Shown: positions 59,007-64,000 of the stretch, piece after piece
How the letters are laid out: the number at the start of each line of letters is the position of its first letter
Position numbering within the stretch: position 1 is the first letter of the stretch
From: Betaproteobacteria bacterium
GTDB taxonomy: Bacteria; Pseudomonadota; Gammaproteobacteria; Burkholderiales; Rhodocyclaceae
Length of the DNA: 64,000 nucleotides
Assembly: GCA_016208425.1 (NCBI GenBank)
Contig: JACQYA010000118.1
Location: forward strand, 3,350 to 67,349
Reading direction: 5' to 3'
Position numbers and translations under genes: made by a program
Notes under the pieces: model-generated
Databases searched by the model: none
Seen by the model: the letters and a program-made list of their open reading frames with translations, nothing else
What the model was told of the DNA's origin: nothing

Positions 59007-59108
59007 CCCTCTCCCCTTGCGGGAGAGGGCTGGGGAGAGGGGTATAGCAGCGTTTCAGGGACAACCCACCCCTCTCCCCCAACCCCTCTCCCGCAAGGGG
59101 AGAGGGGG
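59007..59108. repeat. Inverted pair of CCCTCTCCCCTTGCGGGAGAGGG-type REP elements
   Basis: Copy A at 59007..59042 and inverted copy B at 59069..59108. Each has an internal hairpin. Explains spurious ORF 58944..59129 (..SPLAGEGWGEG..). Confidence 0.85.
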
Positions 59109-59131
59109 GTTTTGGCAGGCGGACGCTAGCC

Positions 59132-62100
59132 ATGCTCAATTCCCTGATCGACTGGTCGGCCAGAAACCGCTTTCTGGTGCTGCTCGCCACGCTCTTCGTG
59201 ATTATCGGCGGCGTCTGGTCGGTGCTGAAAACGCCGCTCGACGCCATCCCGGATCTATCCGACGTGCAGGTCATCCTGTACACCGAGTTTCCCGGCCAGG
59301 CGCCGCAGGTGGTCGAGGATCAGGTGACCTACCCGCTATCCACGGCGCTGCTCTCGGTGCCGAAATCGAAGGTCGTGCGCGGGTTTTCCTTCTTTGGCGC
59401 GTCCTTCGTCTACGTCATTTTCGAGGACGGCACCGACATCTACTGGGCGCGTTCGCGCGTGCTCGAATACGTCAATTCGGTGTCCGGCAAGCTGCCCAAG
59501 GGCGTTTCGCCGACCCTCGGCCCGGACGCGACCGGCGTCGGCTGGGTCTATCAGTACGCCGTGCTCGCCAAGGACAGAACGCTGGCCGAATTGCGCACGC
59601 TGCAAGACTGGTATCTGCGCTACCAGCTCGCCAAGGCGCCGGGGGTCGCCGAAGTCGCCAGCATCGGCGGCTTCGTGCAGCAGTACCAGGTGACGGTCGA
59701 TCCGGTCAAGCTCAAGGCTTACGGCATCCCCTTGATGCGCGTTGTCGACGTCGTCCGCAACGCCAACCGCGATGTCGGCGGACGCACGCTGGAAATGGGC
59801 GAAACCGAGTACATGGTGCGCGGTCGTGGTTACCTGAAAGGCAAGGACGATATTGCAGGCCTGGTGCTGAAAGCGCAGAACGGCACGCCGGTACGCATCG
59901 CCGACATCGGCCGCGTCGAACTGGTCGCCGACGAACGGCGCGGCTTGACTGAGCTGAACGGCGAGGGCGAGGTGGTCTCGGGCATCGCGATGGCGCGCTA
60001 CGGGCAAAACGCGCTGGAAGTGATCGACAACCTGAAAGCCAAGGTCGCCGAAATCGGCGCGGGACTGCCGGCCGGGGTGAGCATCGCCACCGTCTACGAC
60101 CGCTCCGAGCTGATCCAGCGGGCGATCGCGACCTTGAAACGCACGCTGGCCGAGGAAAGCCTGATTGTCGCGCTGGTCTGCTTCGCCTTCCTGCTGCACC
60201 TGCGTTCGGCGCTGGTCGCCATCCTGATGCTGCCGGTCGGCATTCTCGCCGCCTTCATCGGCATGCGCGCGCTCGGCATCAACTCCAACATCATGAGCCT
60301 GGGCGGCATCGCGATTGCCGTCGGCGCGATGATAGACGCGGCTATCGTGATGATCGAGAACGCGCACAAGCACCTGGAACGCCTGCCACCCGGCGCATCG
60401 CCGAGCGCCGCCATCATCGCCGCCTGCAAGGAAGTCGGCCCGGCGCTCTTCTTCAGCTTGCTCATCATCACCGTCTCCTTCCTGCCGGTGTTCACGCTCG
60501 AAGCGCAGGAAGGCCGCCTCTTCGCGCCGCTGGCCTGGACCAAGACCTTCGCGATGGCCGCTGCGGCCATTCTGTCGGTCACGCTGGTGCCGGTGCTGAT
60601 GCTGCTCTTCATTCGTGGCAAGATTCGGCCGGAAGCCGAGAACCCGGTCAACCGCTTCCTGATCCGCCTCTATCGCCCGATCATCGCCGGCGTGATGAAC
60701 TGGAAGAAGGCGACCATCGCAGCCGCCGTTGTCGTGCTGGCGATCTCCGCGATTCCGGCCAGCCGGCTGGGCAGCGAGTTCATGCCGACGCTCAACGAAG
60801 GCACGCTGTTCTACATGCCGACCACGCTGCCCGGCCTGTCGGTGACCAAGGCCGCCGAACTGCTGCAAACGCAGAACAAGATCATCAAGAGCTTCCCGGA
60901 AGTCGCCTCGGTCTATGGCAAGGCCGGCCGCGCGCAGACGGCGACCGACCCGGCGCCGCTGGAGATGTTCGAGACGGTGATCAACCTCAAGCCGGAGAGC
61001 GAGTGGCGCGCCGGCATGAACACCGACAAGCTGATCGCCGAACTCGATAAAGCGCTGCAATTCCCCGGCGTCGCCAACTCGTGGACGATGCCGATCAAGG
61101 CGCGCATCGACATGCTGTCTACCGGCATCCGCACACCGATCGGCATCAAGGTCTTCGGCACCGATCTCGTTGAAATGGAACGCCTGGCCAAGGAAATCGA
61201 AACGGTCGTCAAAGCTGTTCCCGGCACCAGCAGCGCCTTCGCCGAACGCATCACCGGCGGCTTTTACCTCGACATCGTTCCCGACCGCAAGGCGCTGGCC
61301 CGCTACGGCCTCTCCATCGGCGACGTGCAGGACGTGGTGGCGACGGCGCTCGGCGGCGAGCTGGTGACGACCACCGTCGAAGGCCGCGAGCGCTTTGGCG
61401 TCACCGTGCGCTACCCGCGCGACGCGCGCAGCGACCCCCAGGCCATCGCGCGGCAAGTGCTGGTGCCTCTGCCTGGAGAGATGGGCGGCGTGACGCCGAT
61501 GATCCCGCTCGGCCAGATCGCCGAAATCAAAATCAGCACGGGTGCGCCGTCCATACGCACCGAAAACGCGCTGCTCTCGGCTTACATCTACGTCGACATC
61601 CGCGAGCGCGACATCGGCTCCTACGTTGCCGAAGCCCGGAAAGCAGTCAACGAAAAGGTCAAATTCACGCCCGGCGCCTACGTTACCTGGAGCGGCCAGT
61701 TCGAATATATGGAGCGCGCCACCGAGAAGCTCAAGGTCGTCGTGCCGGTCACGCTGCTGATTATCTTCTTGCTGCTCTACCTCAACTTCCGGCGCATCGC
61801 CGAAACGCTGATCGTCATGCTCTCGGTGCCTTTCGCGCTGGTCGGCGGCATCTGGCTGATGGCGCTGCTCGGCTACAACCTCTCGGTCGCCGCCGCCATC
61901 GGTTTTATCGCGCTGGCCGGGGTGGCGGCCGAAACCGGTGTCGTGATGCTGATCTACCTCGACCACGCTTGGGAAAGCACCAAAACCCGTTGCGCTGCCG
62001 CAGGTCGCAGCGCGACCACCGCCGACCTCTACGCCGCCGTGATGGAAGGCGCCGTCGAGCGCGTGCGCCCGAAAATGATGACCGTCACCGCGATCATGGC

Positions 62101-62272
62101 TGGCCTGCTGCCCATCCTGTGGGGCACCGGCACCGGCTCGGAAGTCATGAGCCGCATCGCCGCACCGATGGTCGGCGGAATGGTTTCATCGACCGTGCTG
62201 ACGCTGGCGGTGATTCCCGCGATCTATGCCCTGCTCAAGCAGCGCGGGGTGGATCGCAACATCGCCGGTTGA
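59132..62272 (+). CDS. cusA: Heavy-metal efflux RND permease CusA
   Basis: 1046 aa. HME-RND family, 12 TM plus large periplasmic loops. Confidence 0.95.
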   Translation: MLNSLIDWSARNRFLVLLATLFVIIGGVWSVLKTPLDAIPDLSDVQVILYTEFPGQAPQVVEDQVTYPLSTALLSVPKSKVVRGFSFFGASFVYVIFEDGTDIYWARSRVLEYVNSVSGKLPKGVSPTLGPDATGVGWVYQYAVLAKDRTLAELRTLQDWYLRYQLAKAPGVAEVASIGGFVQQYQVTVDPVKLKAYGIPLMRVVDVVRNANRDVGGRTLEMGETEYMVRGRGYLKGKDDIAGLVLKAQNGTPVRIADIGRVELVADERRGLTELNGEGEVVSGIAMARYGQNALEVIDNLKAKVAEIGAGLPAGVSIATVYDRSELIQRAIATLKRTLAEESLIVALVCFAFLLHLRSALVAILMLPVGILAAFIGMRALGINSNIMSLGGIAIAVGAMIDAAIVMIENAHKHLERLPPGASPSAAIIAACKEVGPALFFSLLIITVSFLPVFTLEAQEGRLFAPLAWTKTFAMAAAAILSVTLVPVLMLLFIRGKIRPEAENPVNRFLIRLYRPIIAGVMNWKKATIAAAVVVLAISAIPASRLGSEFMPTLNEGTLFYMPTTLPGLSVTKAAELLQTQNKIIKSFPEVASVYGKAGRAQTATDPAPLEMFETVINLKPESEWRAGMNTDKLIAELDKALQFPGVANSWTMPIKARIDMLSTGIRTPIGIKVFGTDLVEMERLAKEIETVVKAVPGTSSAFAERITGGFYLDIVPDRKALARYGLSIGDVQDVVATALGGELVTTTVEGRERFGVTVRYPRDARSDPQAIARQVLVPLPGEMGGVTPMIPLGQIAEIKISTGAPSIRTENALLSAYIYVDIRERDIGSYVAEARKAVNEKVKFTPGAYVTWSGQFEYMERATEKLKVVVPVTLLIIFLLLYLNFRRIAETLIVMLSVPFALVGGIWLMALLGYNLSVAAAIGFIALAGVAAETGVVMLIYLDHAWESTKTRCAAAGRSATTADLYAAVMEGAVERVRPKMMTVTAIMAGLLPILWGTGTGSEVMSRIAAPMVGGMVSSTVLTLAVIPAIYALLKQRGVDRNIAG

Positions 62273-62366
62273 GTGCCGGCGCCAGGCGTAAGGGGAATGT
62301 TTCCGGCACCGCCCGATTCACCCACCATAAGAACTTGCAAAGACACCCTCTTTGCATTTCGATGAA

Positions 62367-62398
62367 CCCCGCCAGACGCCACGTTTGGCGGGGTTTTT
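62367..62398 (+). terminator. Rho-independent terminator after cusA
   Basis: CCCCGCCA - 11 nt - TGGCGGGG followed by TTTTT. Confidence 0.85.
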
Positions 62399-62407
62399 CA
62401 CTTCTGC

Positions 62408-62513
62408 TTGCGGACTTGGCACCCGACCGCACCGCCGGTTTTCCGCCTTTTTCGCCCCTCTCTCGCTCTCTTTTCTCTACTTCTTGCGAACGCGCGAAGC
62501 GCCAAGTCCGCAA
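62408..62513. repeat. 13-bp perfect inverted repeats flanking an 80-nt CT-rich spacer
   Basis: TTGCGGACTTGGC (62408..62420) and GCCAAGTCCGCAA (62501..62513). Located at the junction between the cus terminator and the truncated rhuM. Confidence 0.6.
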
Positions 62514-62629
62514 GGTCACGTCCTTTGAAAACATGGACTTACGCGCAATCTGCCTGTCCATCTTTTTTTCAGCATCGCTCTGTCGTTGCGGATTTGAGAG
62601 AAAGAGAACCCCGTCAAATCTGCGCAACT

Positions 62630-63254
62630 GATTCGGTTTGCCGGCATCGGCGCGCTGCTTGATGACTTCCGCTGCCGTCTGACCGTGGGCGGCGTAGTGC
62701 AGCTTGTTCTGCACGGTCTTGAAGAAGACGACGCTGGCCTCTGCCTTGGGGTCGTAATCGACGCTGGTGGCGTACAAATCGAGCACCTGCCGGTAGAGCA
62801 CCTTTTCGCTGGAGCGGATGTCGCGGATGCGCTCCAGCAGTTCTTTCCAGTAGTTGCCGCCGCCCAGGTTCTTGAGGCGGGCATCGTCCATGGTGAAACC
62901 CTTGACCAGATACTCGCGCAGCCGCTCGGTGGCCCAGATGCGGAACTGGGTGCCCTACCGGGACTTGACCCGGTAGCCGACCGAGATGATGACGTCGAGG
63001 TTGAAATGCTCGACCTGGTAGGTTTTTCCATCGGCGGCAGTTGTTGCAAATTCTGCAACAACTGAATGGCGCTCCAGTTCGCCCTCGGCAAACACGTTGG
63101 AGATATGCCGGGAAATGGTGGATTTGTCGCGCCCCAGCAGATCGGCAATCTGGTTCAGGGACAGCCAGACCGTATCACCGATAAGCCGTACATCAATGGC
63201 CGGCGCGTCGCCGCGCTGGTACAGAATGATTTCCCCGCCGGGTTGCTCCTTCAT
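62630..63254 (-). pseudogene. rhuM: RhuM-family gene with in-frame amber codon and 3' truncation
   Basis: N-terminus ..ISVGYRVKSR then TAG (62955..62957), then in-frame GTQFRIWATERLREYLVKGFTMDDARLKN...KQRADAGKPN. Family-like sequence stops near 62630, about 130 C-terminal aa short of the usual length. Confidence 0.75.
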
Positions 63255-64000
63255 GCCCGCTCTCCTTCCAGATCAGCCACGATGGTGTCGATCTGCGTCC
63301 GCAATTCCGCCTGTCGCTCCACGATGCGGGCGATCTTGGCATTGAGCGCCTGAATGTCCACCGCTTCGCTATTATCGGCTTGCGCGACATACGACGAGAC
63401 GGAGATGTTGTAGCCGTTCTCCGCGATGTCGCCGTTATCCACCAGCCGGGCGAAGTGGTCGATGCTCTTGCGCCCGGTGTAGGCATCGAGAATCTTCTGC
63501 TGGTGAGTGTCTGTCAGTTTGTTCTTGTTGCCGTTGCGCACGAACGCGGCCGAGGCGTCGATGAACAGCGTCGCATTGTCGCGCTTGGATTTCTTTAGCA
63601 CGATGATGCAGGTGGCAATCGTGGTGCCAAAGAAGAGATCGGGCGGCAACTGGATGACGGTATCGACGTAGTTGTTGTCGATCAGATACTGACGGATCTT
63701 CTGCTCCGCGCCGCCGCGATAGAGCACGCCGGGGAATTCGACAATCGCCGCCGTGCCATTTACGGCCAGCCAGCTCAGGATGTGCATGGTGAAGGCAAGG
63801 TCGGCCTTGCTCTTGGGCGCCAGCACACCTGCGGGTGCGAAGCGCGGGTCGTTGATGAGCAAGGGATTCGCGTCGCCGTCCCATCTGATCGAGTACGGTG
63901 GATTAGAGACGATGGCCTCGAAGGGTTCGTCGTCCCAGTGGGCCGGGTCGGTGAGCGTGTCGCCGTGGGCGACGTTGAATTTTTCGTAATTCACGTCGTG
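63251..64000 (-). CDS. hsdM: Type I restriction-modification methyltransferase subunit HsdM, C-terminal part (5' end outside window)
   Basis: N6-adenine MTase motif IVSNPPYS. The frame is open to the window edge. The stop overlaps the rhuM ATG (ATGA). Confidence 0.88.
   Translation of the reverse strand, partial: HDVNYEKFNVAHGDTLTDPAHWDDEPFEAIVSNPPYSIRWDGDANPLLINDPRFAPAGVLAPKSKADLAFTMHILSWLAVNGTAAIVEFPGVLYRGGAEQKIRQYLIDNNYVDTVIQLPPDLFFGTTIATCIIVLKKSKRDNATLFIDASAAFVRNGNKNKLTDTHQQKILDAYTGRKSIDHFARLVDNGDIAENGYNISVSSYVAQADNSEAVDIQALNAKIARIVERQAELRTQIDTIVADLEGERA

Noticed and set aside
58944-59129. 61-aa ORF (..SPLAGEGWGEGYSS..PLPQGERG..) between cusB and cusA.
   Set aside because: It is encoded entirely by the inverted REP pair, a typical repeat-derived pseudo-ORF.

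Overview
High-GC proteobacterial chromosome segment. Gene content (nifLA plus rnf1-type cluster plus draTG) points to a Rhodocyclales-like betaproteobacterium, but that is inference only.

Layout:
- nt 1-33.5k: near-complete Mo-nitrogenase island. It carries nifM; iscA-nifU-nifS; nifE, a 1.3 kb insert, then nifN-nifX-rseC-like-DUF269-fdxB; rnfABCDGEH; nifLA; draT divergent from nifHDKT-fdx-nifY plus three uncharacterised ORFs; and nifB-fdxN-2x[2Fe-2S]fdx-nifQ-draG.
- nt 33.7-44.8k: MCP, isocitrate lyase, a putative O2/NO-sensing cluster (soluble mini-MCP, ODP-like di-iron protein, hemerythrin, DUF2249, membrane protein, SirB2), phaC, a beta-CASP hydrolase and uspA.
- nt 44.9-53.3k: cbb3 oxidase locus in the order ccoIS-ccoNOQP-ccoGH, with FNR boxes.
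- nt 53.4-62.3k: an SDR, two lipoproteins and cusFCBA.
- nt 62.4-64k: decayed Type I R-M remnant (hsdM plus rhuM pseudogene).

Regulation: six sigma54 (-24/-12) promoters each pair with a TGT-N10-ACA NifA site and can be read directly from the sequence. A seventh sigma54-like promoter precedes nifLA.

Most interesting observations:
1. A SIR2-like protein, apparently lacking the catalytic His, sits with two unknown partner ORFs on the tail of the nifHDKTY operon, next to draG.
2. nifE and nifN are split by a lower-GC insert encoding an HEPN-motif ORF, and nifN has its own NifA/sigma54 promoter.
3. A duplicated 120-nt structured intercistronic element lies in front of rnfC and rnfD, with a compensatory base-pair change.
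4. An RseC-like Cys-rich membrane protein sits inside the nifENX operon.
5. An ODP-like di-iron protein is paired with a soluble MCP-like protein.

Many long ORFs in the six-frame track are antisense artefacts of high GC content and are not reported as genes.
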